Under the pieces are notes generated by a model, which saw nothing but the letters and a program-made list of their open reading frames with translations, ran no database searches and was not told the origin of the DNA. Below, one piece after another: positions 1 through 8,902 of a stretch of 64,000 nucleotides of DNA. Position numbers and translations under genes: made by a program. Each line of letters begins with the position of its first letter. The first letter of the stretch is position 1. The DNA comes from an uncultured Actinomycetes bacterium (GTDB taxonomy: Bacteria; Actinomycetota; Acidimicrobiia; IMCC26256; JACDBD01): contig CAVYIP010000012.1 in assembly GCA_963768605.1 (NCBI GenBank), forward strand, positions 15,688 to 79,687. Reading direction: 5' to 3'.

Positions 1-1734
1 ACGGAATGGAACCGCAACGACGGCTTCAGCCCCGGGTCGGCGATCCTCACGGTGGTCCCCGGCCTCGACCTCGAGCGCACGGGCGCCGCGCCGGAGACGG
101 ACATCGGCCGGTCGCTGCGCGCCAGCGCGCCCATCGTCCTGCTCGACGCCACCTCCGGCCGCCGCGTCCCGTACTGGGCCGAGATCGATCAGACCGCGCC
201 GACCGCCGACCAGCACTCGCTCGTCGTGCGGCCGGCCGTGAACTTCCGCGAGGGCCATCGCATCGTCGTGGCGCTGCGACGCCTGCAGGACTCCTCCGGC
301 AAGACGATCGAGCCCGGCGACTCGTTCCGCGCCTATCGCGACGGCACGAAGACGAGCGACCCGACCATCGAGGAGCGCCGGCCGCACATGCAGGACGTGC
401 TGAAGACGCTCGACGCCGCGGGTGTGAAGCGCGACGACCTGTTTCTCGCCTGGGATTTCACGGTGGCGAGTGAGCACAACCTCTCCGATCGGATGCTGCA
501 CATCCGCGACAACGCGTTCGCGTCTCTCGACAACAAGGCTCCCGCGTTCCAAGTCACCCAGGTCGAGAACGACGTCGACGAGCGAGTGGCGCGCCGGGTG
601 TCGGGAACGTTCACGGTGCCGAACTACCTCACCGGCGACGGCGGTCCCGGCAACGGGTTCGACACGGGCCAGAACGGCCTGCCGCAACGAAACGGCGACT
701 ACACGGCTCCGTTCACCTGCATCATCCCGCGCGCGGCGCTGAAGCCCGACGGGACGGTCGCGCGCGCCAGACCGGCGGTCTACGGGCATGGATTGCTCGG
801 CAGCGAGCGCGAGGTCGCGGCCGGCAACGTGCGCGACATGGCGAACGAGCACAACTTCGTGTTCTGCGCCACGAAATGGATCGGGCTCTCGGAGGAGGAC
901 ATCGGGAATGCGGTGTCGGCGCTCGGGGACCTCTCGCGGTTCCCGACCATCGCCGACCGCCTCCAGCAGGGGATCCTCGACACGTTGTTCCTCGGGCGCC
1001 TCATGACCGACGACGGAGGGTTCGTGTCCAACCCCGCGTTCCAGGGACAGGGCACGCCGGTCATCGACACCCGTGAGCTGTTCTTCGACGGCAACAGCCA
1101 GGGCGGGATCATGGGCGGCGCCGCCACGGCGGTCGCGCAGGACTGGACCCGCGCCGTGATCGGCGTCCCGGCGATGAACTACAGCACGCTGCTCCAACGC
1201 AGCACCGACTGGGACACGTACAAGGCGATCTTCGACCCGGCGTACCCGGATCCGACCGACCAGGTCCTCACCCTCGGCATCGTGCAGATGCTCTGGGACC
1301 GCGGCGAGGCGAACGGGTACGCGCAGCACCTCACCCGCGACCCGTATCCCGACACGCCGAACCATCAGGTGCTCATCCACGAGGCCTTCGGCGATCACCA
1401 GGTTGCGAACGTCGCCACCGAGGTCGAGGCCCGCTCCCTCGGCGCCCGGGTGCACCGCCCCGCCCTCGCCGACGGCCGGTCCCCCGCCCGCCACCAGCTC
1501 TGGGGGATGGAGGAGCTCGAGGGCCAGTACGACGGCTCGGCCATCGTCGTGTGGGACAGCGGTGCTCCGGCACCGCCCACCGGCAACGTCGCGCCCCGGG
1601 AGGGCGAGGACCCGCACGGCGACCCCCGCGCGTCGAAGGAAGCACGGGAGCAGAAGTCCGACTTCCTGAAGCGCAACGGCCGCGTGGTCGACGTCTGCGG
1701 CGGCCAACCGTGCAAGGCGTCACCCACGCCCTGA
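1..1734 (+). CDS. secreted alpha/beta-hydrolase-fold protein (putative lipase/esterase); 5' end lies outside the window
   Basis: The frame is open from base 1 (TEWNRNDGFSPG precedes the GTG at 52) to the stop at 1734. It has a GNSQGG nucleophile elbow (GxSxG) and a downstream HEAFGDHQV motif. Overlapping ORFs are Arg/Pro-rich artefacts. Confidence 0.8.
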   Translation, partial: TEWNRNDGFSPGSAILTVVPGLDLERTGAAPETDIGRSLRASAPIVLLDATSGRRVPYWAEIDQTAPTADQHSLVVRPAVNFREGHRIVVALRRLQDSSGKTIEPGDSFRAYRDGTKTSDPTIEERRPHMQDVLKTLDAAGVKRDDLFLAWDFTVASEHNLSDRMLHIRDNAFASLDNKAPAFQVTQVENDVDERVARRVSGTFTVPNYLTGDGGPGNGFDTGQNGLPQRNGDYTAPFTCIIPRAALKPDGTVARARPAVYGHGLLGSEREVAAGNVRDMANEHNFVFCATKWIGLSEEDIGNAVSALGDLSRFPTIADRLQQGILDTLFLGRLMTDDGGFVSNPAFQGQGTPVIDTRELFFDGNSQGGIMGGAATAVAQDWTRAVIGVPAMNYSTLLQRSTDWDTYKAIFDPAYPDPTDQVLTLGIVQMLWDRGEANGYAQHLTRDPYPDTPNHQVLIHEAFGDHQVANVATEVEARSLGARVHRPALADGRSPARHQLWGMEELEGQYDGSAIVVWDSGAPAPPTGNVAPREGEDPHGDPRASKEAREQKSDFLKRNGRVVDVCGGQPCKASPTP

Positions 1735-1754
1735 CGAGCTCGACCGCCGCGCGC

Positions 1755-2186
1755 CTATCCCTCGGCTGACCTCCGCGCCGACAACAGCCCGTGCAGCCGA
1801 TCGAGGGAATCCGTCCAGCCGTCCACGTGGAGCGCGCGCCGAGCCTCGGTCGCGAAGCCCGACTGGACGACAACGACCTCCGTCGAACCGCCCCGATCGG
1901 TCAACGACATGGTCACGACGGTCTCGCGATCGTCGGGATCCGGCTCCTCCCATCGAAACGTGAACACGAGCCGCGCCGGACGTTCGATCTCCCGGAACTC
2001 CCCGGAGAGGTGGAACAGGTCACCCTCGGGAGGCTGCATCCCGAATCGGTATCCACCTCCGACGCGGAGATCGAGCTCGATCTGCGGCGTCGTGAAACCG
2101 TGGGGCCCCCACCACTGCGCGAGGTCATCGGGCTCGACACACGCGCCGAAGACGACCGGGCGAACCGCCGGCAGCTCACGATGCAA
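1755..2186 (-). CDS. SRPBCC-superfamily protein (Aha1/START-like fold)
   Basis: 143-aa ORF with DLAQWWGPHGF and RLVFTFRWEE segments typical of Aha1-domain SRPBCC proteins. Codon bias is normal. Confidence 0.78.
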   Translation of the reverse strand: MHRELPAVRPVVFGACVEPDDLAQWWGPHGFTTPQIELDLRVGGGYRFGMQPPEGDLFHLSGEFREIERPARLVFTFRWEEPDPDDRETVVTMSLTDRGGSTEVVVVQSGFATEARRALHVDGWTDSLDRLHGLLSARRSAEG

Positions 2187-2244
2187 CTCGCAGCGTGAGC
2201 CCGCCGGTATCGGCCATTGACCGCTCCCCCGCCGGTCGCCTCGC

Positions 2245-3003
2245 CTACTGGATGACGGACCCGCCGTCGACGGCGAGCGCGTGCCCGACGACGAACGAGG
2301 CCGCGTCGCTGCACAGCCACACGACTGCGTCTGCGATCTCTTCCGGGCGGCCCAGCCGCCCGAGCGGGACCGCTCGGGTCATCATGCGCTCCACCTGCTC
2401 GTCACCGCCCATGAACCCCTCGAGCATCGGCGTGCGCGTGCTCCCGGGGCAGATCGCATTGACGCGCAGACCTTGTGACGCGTACTCGAGCGCCGCCGCC
2501 CGGGTGAGGCCCACCACCCCGTGCTTGCTCGCGACGTATGCCGGGAGACCGGCGAAGCCGACCAGCCCCGCTCCGGATGCCATGTTCACGATCGCGCCGC
2601 CGCCCTCGAGCATGGCGGGGATCTCGTACTTGAGGCAGAGGAACACGCCGGTGAGGTTCAGCGCGATCGCGCGGTTCCAGTCCTCGAGCGTGTAGTCGGC
2701 GGTGGGCGCGCTCACGCCCGTGGTACCGGCGTTGTTCAGCGCGCAGTCCAGACGTCCCCATCGCGCCACGGTCTTGTCGACCATCGCCTCGACTTCGTCG
2801 GCCTGGGTCACGTCGGCGCGGACGAAGTCGGCGTCGCCGCCCGCCTCTTCGAACACGAGGGCGGCGGTCTCCTTCCCGCCCTGCTCGTCGACGTCCGCCA
2901 CGGTGACGGTCGCGCCGGCGCGGGCCAGCGCGATCGCCGACGCCCGGCCGAGCCCGGAGCCGCCTCCGGTCACGAGCGCCGCCTTGCCCTCGAGCGCGCT
3001 CAC
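2245..3003 (-). CDS. short-chain dehydrogenase/reductase (SDR)
   Basis: TGGGSGLG Rossmann motif, NNAG, and catalytic YxxxK (YVASK). 252 aa. Confidence 0.92.
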   Translation of the reverse strand: MSALEGKAALVTGGGSGLGRASAIALARAGATVTVADVDEQGGKETAALVFEEAGGDADFVRADVTQADEVEAMVDKTVARWGRLDCALNNAGTTGVSAPTADYTLEDWNRAIALNLTGVFLCLKYEIPAMLEGGGAIVNMASGAGLVGFAGLPAYVASKHGVVGLTRAAALEYASQGLRVNAICPGSTRTPMLEGFMGGDEQVERMMTRAVPLGRLGRPEEIADAVVWLCSDAASFVVGHALAVDGGSVIQ

Positions 3004-3013
3004 GAAGGGTCCA

Positions 3014-3700
3014 TCAGACGGGGAGGCTGCGGAGGATGTACTCGGCCGTCGGGTACGACTCGACCGAGCCGAGGTCGAGGAACGTGGAGACGTCGTCCAT
3101 GACGCGCTTCACGTTGTGCTCGAGCGTGTCCGGGGAATCGCCGGCGCTGAAGTAGCGCATCGGGTCGGTCAGGTCCTCGACCTCACGCAGGCCCTCTTCG
3201 ACGATGCCGCGCCAGTTCGGCGCGCCTTCGGTCACGGCGCGTGCGACCGCATGCCGTACGTACAGGCAGACGGGATGGACCTCGAACGTCAGCGGCGTGT
3301 GCGAGCCGTGCCACCGGGCGAAGAACTGGGCATCGTCGATGTCCGACCGCTTGTCGAACATCGTGATCTGCTTCACGCCGGGCGAACGCTCCCCGTCGGG
3401 CCAGGTCCGCTGCTCGTACGCGAGCGGGACCGACTCGGTGACGAGATATCCCGCCACCCTGTCCGCGGCGCCGCCGAGGACGGCCTCGTACGGGCCACGG
3501 TCGTCGAGGGAGTCGAGCCAGAGCCCCACGGTCGCACCGACCCGGTCGCCGGCGGGAGTGGCGACGACGGCGCTCATGTCGACGTCGGGGTCGACGACGC
3601 TGATCGTCAATCCGTGCGGATCGAGGGCGAGCAGCTCGGGCCCCGCCTTCTCGACAAGCCCCTCGTGCACACCCCAGAGCGCGTAGACGAGCTTCTCCAT
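3014..3700 (-). CDS. EthD-like (dimeric alpha/beta-barrel) protein, function unknown
   Basis: ATG at 3700 follows AGGAGGA. The segment FFARWHGSHTPLTFEVHP resembles an EthD domain. 228 aa. Confidence 0.6.
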   Translation of the reverse strand: MEKLVYALWGVHEGLVEKAGPELLALDPHGLTISVVDPDVDMSAVVATPAGDRVGATVGLWLDSLDDRGPYEAVLGGAADRVAGYLVTESVPLAYEQRTWPDGERSPGVKQITMFDKRSDIDDAQFFARWHGSHTPLTFEVHPVCLYVRHAVARAVTEGAPNWRGIVEEGLREVEDLTDPMRYFSAGDSPDTLEHNVKRVMDDVSTFLDLGSVESYPTAEYILRSLPV

Positions 3701-3725
3701 TCCTCCTGCGGCTCGCACGGTACCC

Positions 3726-4589
3726 CTAGGTGAGCGAGGCGTGGAATGCCGCGAGGAAGGCCCGCACGGTGGCGACCGCCTCGCGCCGCAGCCGCGCCGC
3801 GTCCTCGTCGTCGCCGGGCTCGGCGAGGAACGTCCCGTATGCCGTCGGCCCGTCCTGGCCGGCGTCCGCGAACCGTTCGCCCAGCAGCTCGAGCGCCTCG
3901 GTCACCCGGTCATCGCGCGCGACGGGACTCCGGGCGGCCGCTTCTCCGGCGGCTTCCGGACCATCGCCGAAATGCAGGAGACAGAAGACGAGGTCGTAGG
4001 AGTCCTTGTTCTCGTGGCGGTCCTGGAAGGCGAAGGCCTTGAGGACGGTGTACGGCAGCACGTTCGCGACCCGGACACGGACCTTCGACGAGCCTCCGCC
4101 GTCGAGGCGCTCTCCCTCGAGATCGCGCTCGACGAAGTCGTAGCGCACGAGGTTCGCGCCCCGGACGTTGAACGCCCCGACCACGGAGCCGGTGGACCCC
4201 GCCTTCGGTCGGAAGACGAGACCGGCAGGCACCGCCTCCGTCTCACAAAGGAACTCGACGACGACCTTGACGCCGTCGACTTCGCGCGCCCATCGGAAGC
4301 CGGGCTCCTTCTGGTCGAAGTGCGACTTCTCCAGGTTGTTCTCGAGCGTCCGGTACGTCTCCGGCGTCTCGTCGCCCAGCGCAAGGCCGATGACGAGGTC
4401 GACGTCGGTCGTTCCGACGTGAGCGCGGGCGCCTTCCGGCAGTTGCCCGACGAGATACCGAGGCGCGAGGCCACCGACGAGGTAGATGCGCTCGCGCCAG
4501 GGCCCGAGGTCGCCGAGCAACGTGACGAGCGCCCGCTCGCAACGTGCGGTGGCGGCTTCGTCGTAGTCGGTGAAGTGGTCGCGGCTCAA
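3726..4589 (-). CDS. AbiEii/AbiGii-family nucleotidyltransferase toxin (type IV toxin-antitoxin system)
   Basis: The TTG start at 4589 overlaps the upstream TGA (TTTTGA coupling). IYLVGGLAPRYL...GTTDVDLVI forms a nucleotidyltransferase core, and ENKDSYDL is the family motif. The 287-aa frame is intact. The 619-aa track ORF is a read-through chimera. Confidence 0.8.
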   Translation of the reverse strand: MSRDHFTDYDEAATARCERALVTLLGDLGPWRERIYLVGGLAPRYLVGQLPEGARAHVGTTDVDLVIGLALGDETPETYRTLENNLEKSHFDQKEPGFRWAREVDGVKVVVEFLCETEAVPAGLVFRPKAGSTGSVVGAFNVRGANLVRYDFVERDLEGERLDGGGSSKVRVRVANVLPYTVLKAFAFQDRHENKDSYDLVFCLLHFGDGPEAAGEAAARSPVARDDRVTEALELLGERFADAGQDGPTAYGTFLAEPGDDEDAARLRREAVATVRAFLAAFHASLT

Positions 4590-5631
4590 AACCCGATCAC
4601 CTCCCGCCGGAGGGTCTCCGCCTGCTCGTGGCCCCGCCGGGGGTCGTTGCGGAGGTCGTAGAAGAGGCGGAACGGGTTGACGCTCCAGATCCCGTCGACC
4701 TTTCGCCGGAATGCCAGCGGCTCGTCCCCGTTCGCCTGGACGAACGCGAGGTTGTGGCCCGTGTCCGCGGCTTCGGCGCCGGTTGCGGCCGCAGCATCCT
4801 CGAGCGAAGCAACCGAATCGATCCAGATCTCGGCCACCGGAACCGCGGTGACGAACGGCGCGATCCGCGCCGCCGCGGCCGCCCCGGTGACGGCATGGTC
4901 GATTCCGGCCGCCTCCAAGCCCGGCGCTCACCGCATCGGCGAGCGCGCGGGGCTCTCGCGCGAGCCGGTAGGCACGCATCCTCTGCACGGAACGATCCGT
5001 GTTCTCCTCGGCCCACAGGTCGAGAAGCGCGGTGGGGTCGGCGACGCGGCGTACGCGTCTCGGGCCCGCTCCCTCCGCCGCGACCAGCCCTTCCGTCTCG
5101 AGGCGAGCGAGGACGCGGTGCGCCAGACCGACCGAGACGCCCGCTTCGCCGGCGAGGTCTTGAACCTTCCATTCGCGCGTCGGCTGGAGCAGCAGCGCCT
5201 GGGCGGCGACGCCGCCCTTGCCCGCGAGCCGGGCGTGCGTCTGCGGGCGAGGAGTGTCACCCCGTCGACCGCGTGGGCCCTCGGTATGGAGGAGGAGCCC
5301 CGGGAGCTCGACGTGGGCATTGCCGAGACCGTCGACGACGGCGACGCCGTGGCGCTCGAGAATCTCGCCGCGCTTCCGCCGTCGTCGCGCCCGCGACGAG
5401 CAGGAGATTGCCGTCGCGGACGGCGCGGGACTGCTGCACGATCTGCCACGCGGTGGCGGCGTTCGCCCGCCGCTTGACCTCCACGGCGACGGCCTCGGCC
5501 GCCGGGCCGAACCGCAGCACGGCGTGGCCTCGTCCGCCGCCGCGCGCAGCACCGGCCGCCTCGACCGTGACGCCGGGGACCTCACGTAGGATCCGGAGGT
5601 CCTCGGCCCCGAAGTGGCCCTGGATTTTCAC
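4586..5631 (-). pseudogene. AbiEi-family antitoxin (wHTH plus C-terminal domain); reading frame interrupted twice
   Basis: The protein can be read continuously across three frames: VKIQGHFG...ATTAEAR | EILERHGVAVVDG...REWKVQDLAGEAGVSVGLAHRVLARLETEGLV...ADAVSAGL | EAAGIDHAVTG...ETLRREVIGF. Breaks lie near 5366-5375 and 4919-4923. The GTG start is at 5631, with an alternative at 5649. Confidence 0.65.
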
Positions 5632-5679
5632 AAGCTCCCGGTTTTTCACAGCGCCAGTGAATATACCACCTCGAGTGAA
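5627..5679. promoter_or_regulatory. nested dyad of four TTCAC/GTGAA half-sites in the divergent abiEi / ethD intergenic region (candidate antitoxin operator)
   Basis: TTCAC occurs at 5627-5631 and 5645-5649. GTGAA occurs at 5657-5661 and 5675-5679. Spacing is 18 bp within each pair, and both pairs are symmetric about position 5653. This is a locally AT-rich patch. Confidence 0.5.
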
Positions 5680-5691
5680 GGTGCGCACCCC

Positions 5692-6399
5692 GTGATCAAG
5701 CTCATCTGCGTCGTGAAGCGCAACCCCTCGCTGTCGGTCGAGGAGTTCCACGATCACTGGCGCGGCCGGCACGCCCGCCTCATCAGCGAGACGCCCGGCG
5801 TCGCCGACCGGATCGTGCGCTACGAGCAGAACCACCGCTCAGCCGAGGACTACAAGCGCGGCGGCGACTTCGACGGTGTCGCCATCCAATGGTTCGACTC
5901 GATGGACGACTTCGCCGCGATGGTCGTCGACCCCGAGTACCAGGCGCACGTCGCCCCCGACGAGCGCGAGCTGCTGGACCTCGACGGGCTCGTGTGGATC
6001 CTCACCGAAGAGGAAGAGGTCGTGATCCCGGGCCCGGAGCAACGCGACGAACCGGTCATCAAGCTCGTCTGCATGGTGAAGCGCCGACCCGGCATGGAGA
6101 TCGACGATTTCCATCGCCACTGGCGCACCGTGCACAGCCCCTTGAACTGCGACACGCCGTCGATCGCGCGCTACTTCGTCCGCTACGAGCGCAACCACCG
6201 CGCCCGGGCCGACTACGACCGCGGCGGCTCGGACTTCGACGGGGCGGCAGTCGAGTGGTACCCGTCGGTGAAGTCCTTCTACGACATGATCGGCGAGCCC
6301 GCGTACGGCGAGTTGATCGCGCCCGACGAGGACCGCTTCCTCGACCGCGACAACCTCGTGTGGCTCCTGACCGAGAGGGAAGAGACGATCATCGGCTGA
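5692..6399 (+). CDS. tandem EthD-domain protein
   Basis: An internal duplication is visible: VIKLICVVKRNPSLSVEEFHDHWRGRHA and VIKLVCMVKRRPGMEIDDFHRHWRTVHS. GTG start at 5692. The stop overlaps the next ATG (TGATG). Confidence 0.8.
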   Translation: MIKLICVVKRNPSLSVEEFHDHWRGRHARLISETPGVADRIVRYEQNHRSAEDYKRGGDFDGVAIQWFDSMDDFAAMVVDPEYQAHVAPDERELLDLDGLVWILTEEEEVVIPGPEQRDEPVIKLVCMVKRRPGMEIDDFHRHWRTVHSPLNCDTPSIARYFVRYERNHRARADYDRGGSDFDGAAVEWYPSVKSFYDMIGEPAYGELIAPDEDRFLDRDNLVWLLTEREETIIG

Positions 6400-7128
6400 T
6401 GGAGGTCGAGGAGTACGCCCGCATCGCGGCGGCCGAAGACGACCACTGGTGGTACCGCAACACCCGGGCGCTCATGGCCGAGCTCCTGCAACCCTGGCTC
6501 GGTACCGACCAGCGCATCCTCGACGCCGGCTGCGGTCCGGGCGGGAACGGCGCGTGGCTCGCGAGCCACGGCCGGGTGATCGGCGTCGACCTGGCACGAG
6601 AAGCTCTGGAGTTCGTGCGCGCACGCCGGCCGGCGACCGCGCCGGTGCTGGCGAGCGCCGAGCGCCTCCCGTTCGCCGACGGGGCGTTCGACGTCGCGGT
6701 CGGGATCACGCTGCTCTACACCGTGCGCGACGACGTCGCGGCCCTCGGCGAGCTGGCGCGGGTCTTGCGCACCGGGGGCGCGCTGTTGCTCCTCGAGCCT
6801 GCGTTCGCATCGCTCCGCCGCGCCCACGACGTGACCGTGCACGGCCTGCGCCGCTACCGGCGTGACGAGCTCGCCGGGCTCGCCGAGCGGGCCGGGCTCG
6901 CGAGTGCGACGGTCGACGTACGCGTACTCGTTTCTCGCTCCGCCGGCTGCGCTGCTGGCCGTGCTCGAGCGGCGCGGGTCCCAGTCAGCCGACGACACCG
7001 GGTCGGACGTCGAGCGCCGCGCCCTGGACCGGGTCTTTGCGCCGCTGGCGAAGGCCGAGCGCCGGTGGCTGGCTCGCCACGACGTCGCCGTCGGGACGTC
7101 CGCCGTCGTGGTGGCGACGCGGGGCTAG
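6399..7128 (+). CDS. class I SAM-dependent methyltransferase (one apparent frameshift near 6893-6903)
   Basis: ILDAGCGPGGNG is SAM motif I, followed by LRTGGALLLLEP. The C-terminal part, RVRRSTYAYSFLAPPAALLAVLER, continues in the +1 frame (track ORF 6862..7128). Confidence 0.8.
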
Positions 7129-7865
7129 CGCGCCCCGGCGGACCTGGTCTTCCCGCGACGCAGCACGATGAGCTGCACCCACAGCTTGGCGAGGTCCCAC
7201 AGCGTGCGGGCGACGCTCGACAGCTTGAAGAACTGCGACCGCCCGTGGACACGGGGGTAGTGATGGACGCCGACCTCGACGAATCGGGCGCCGGCGTCCT
7301 GGAGGGTGCGCACGAGCTCGACGCAGATCACCCCGGTCGTCTTCTCGAGCCGGACCCGCTCGAGCATCGACCGCCGCATCAGGCGGAAGTCGCAGTCCGT
7401 GTCGCGCACGTGCAATCCGAACACGAACGACACGAACCGGTGGTACACCCGACCGATCGCACGCCGAGCGACGTTGTCGGCCCGGTTGAGCTTGTAGCCC
7501 TGCACGACGTCGACGTCGTCGGACGCCCGCGCGACGAGGAGCTCGAGCTCGGTCGGGTCGAACTGCCCGTCGCCGTCGGTGTAGAAGACCCACTGCTTCG
7601 TCGCGGCGCCGAACCCCGAGAGGAGCGCGCCGCCGTAGCCGCGGTTGTGCTCGTGCGTGACGACCCGCAGGCGCGGCTCGGTCTCGGTCAGGCGCTTGAG
7701 CACGCGCTCCGACCCGTCGCTCGAGCCGTCGTTGACGACGATGATCTCGCCGTCGGCGCCGACCCGGTCCAGCGTGGCGGCAACCGCCTCGACCATGGTC
7801 CCGATGGTCGCCTCGTCGTTGTAACAAGGGAAGAACGCGGAAACGGACTCGACGGCCCGGTTCAC
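7125..7865 (-). CDS. family 2 glycosyltransferase, polyprenyl-phosphate sugar synthase type (GtrB/ArnC/DPM1-like)
   Basis: FFPCYNDEATIG, VVNDGSSDGS and YTDGDGQFD (DxD motif), plus HHYPRVHGRSQF near the C-terminus. The GTG at 7865 overlaps the upstream TGA. The stop shares CTAG with the convergent methyltransferase stop. Confidence 0.9.
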   Translation of the reverse strand: MNRAVESVSAFFPCYNDEATIGTMVEAVAATLDRVGADGEIIVVNDGSSDGSERVLKRLTETEPRLRVVTHEHNRGYGGALLSGFGAATKQWVFYTDGDGQFDPTELELLVARASDDVDVVQGYKLNRADNVARRAIGRVYHRFVSFVFGLHVRDTDCDFRLMRRSMLERVRLEKTTGVICVELVRTLQDAGARFVEVGVHHYPRVHGRSQFFKLSSVARTLWDLAKLWVQLIVLRRGKTRSAGAR

Positions 7866-8897
7866 CGGAGGGCGCGGCACACGATCTCGATCTCGTCGTC
7901 GGTCATCTCGGGGAAGCAGGGTAGCGAGACGCATTCGGCCGCCCACGACTCGGCCTCGGGGCACGGGTCCCGCACGAACTGCCGGTACGCGGGCTGTTGG
8001 GTGAGCGCCCGCGGGTAGTGCACGGCGGTCCCGAACGGCATCTGCGCTCGGAACGCGTCGCGGTCGTCGATCCGCGCCACGCACAGGTGGTAGACGTGCC
8101 GCTCGTGCGGCGCCTGCCAGCGCATCTCCGGCGCCGCCTCCCGGTACGACCGTGCGATGAGCTGCGCGGCGCGCGTTCCATTCGGGCAGGCGCCGAAGTT
8201 CGAGCCGCAGCGCGGCCGCTTCGATCTCCGACAGCCGTGAGTTGCCGGTCACCGCGGTGTGCTCGTAGTCGCCGGTGAGGCCGTGCGCGCGCAGCAACCG
8301 GACCTGCGCCGCGAGATCGGCGTCGTCGGTGACGACCGCTCCCCCGTCGCCGATCCCGCCCAGGTTCTTCGTCGGGTAGAAGCTGTACGCCGCCGCCGCC
8401 GACGCGGCCTGCGGGTCGAGCGCGCCGTGGGCCTGGGCGGCGTCTTCGAGCACCGGGACGCCGAGGTCGGGAGCCGCCGCCGGCCGGCCGTAGAGGTGCA
8501 CCGGGATCACGGCCCGGGTCCGCTCGGTGACCGCGGCAGCGGCCTGCTGCGGGTCGAGCATCGCGGTGTCCCGTTCGACGTCGGCGAAGACGGGCACCGC
8601 GCCCGTCGCGCACACCGCCGCCGCGGTCGGGACGGCCGTGAACGCCGGCACGACCACCTCGTCGCCGATCCCGACGCCGAGGGCGCGCAAAGCGAGGCGC
8701 AGCGCCTCGGTCCCGGACGCGACGGCGACGGCGTGGCGCCGGCCGCAGAACGCGGCGAACTCGGCCTCGAACGCCTCGGTCTCCGGGCCGAGCAGGAACC
8801 ACCCGGAGCGCAGGACCCGCTCGACGGCTGCGCCGAGCTCGGGTTGCAGCGACGCCGTGCGGCGCGCGAGGTCGACCACGGGCGGCCGGGCTGTCAT
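7862..8897 (-). CDS. DegT/DnrJ/EryC1/StrS-family PLP sugar aminotransferase (one apparent frameshift near 8164-8176)
   Basis: MTARPPVVDLARR...GTEALRLAL...AYSFYPTKNLGG includes the PLP lysine. EWNARRA continues as AQLIARSYREAAPEMRWQAPHERHVYHLCV in another frame (track ORF 7862..8125). Confidence 0.85.
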
Positions 8898-8902
8898 CGT
8901 CG

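Noticed and set aside
5889-8018. 709-aa ORF spanning the EthD, methyltransferase and GT2 regions
   Set aside because: Only its central part (MEVEEYARIAAAEDDHWWYRN...) is real, and that part is the methyltransferase. The rest is out-of-frame read-through of the EthD gene and antisense to the GT2/DegT genes.
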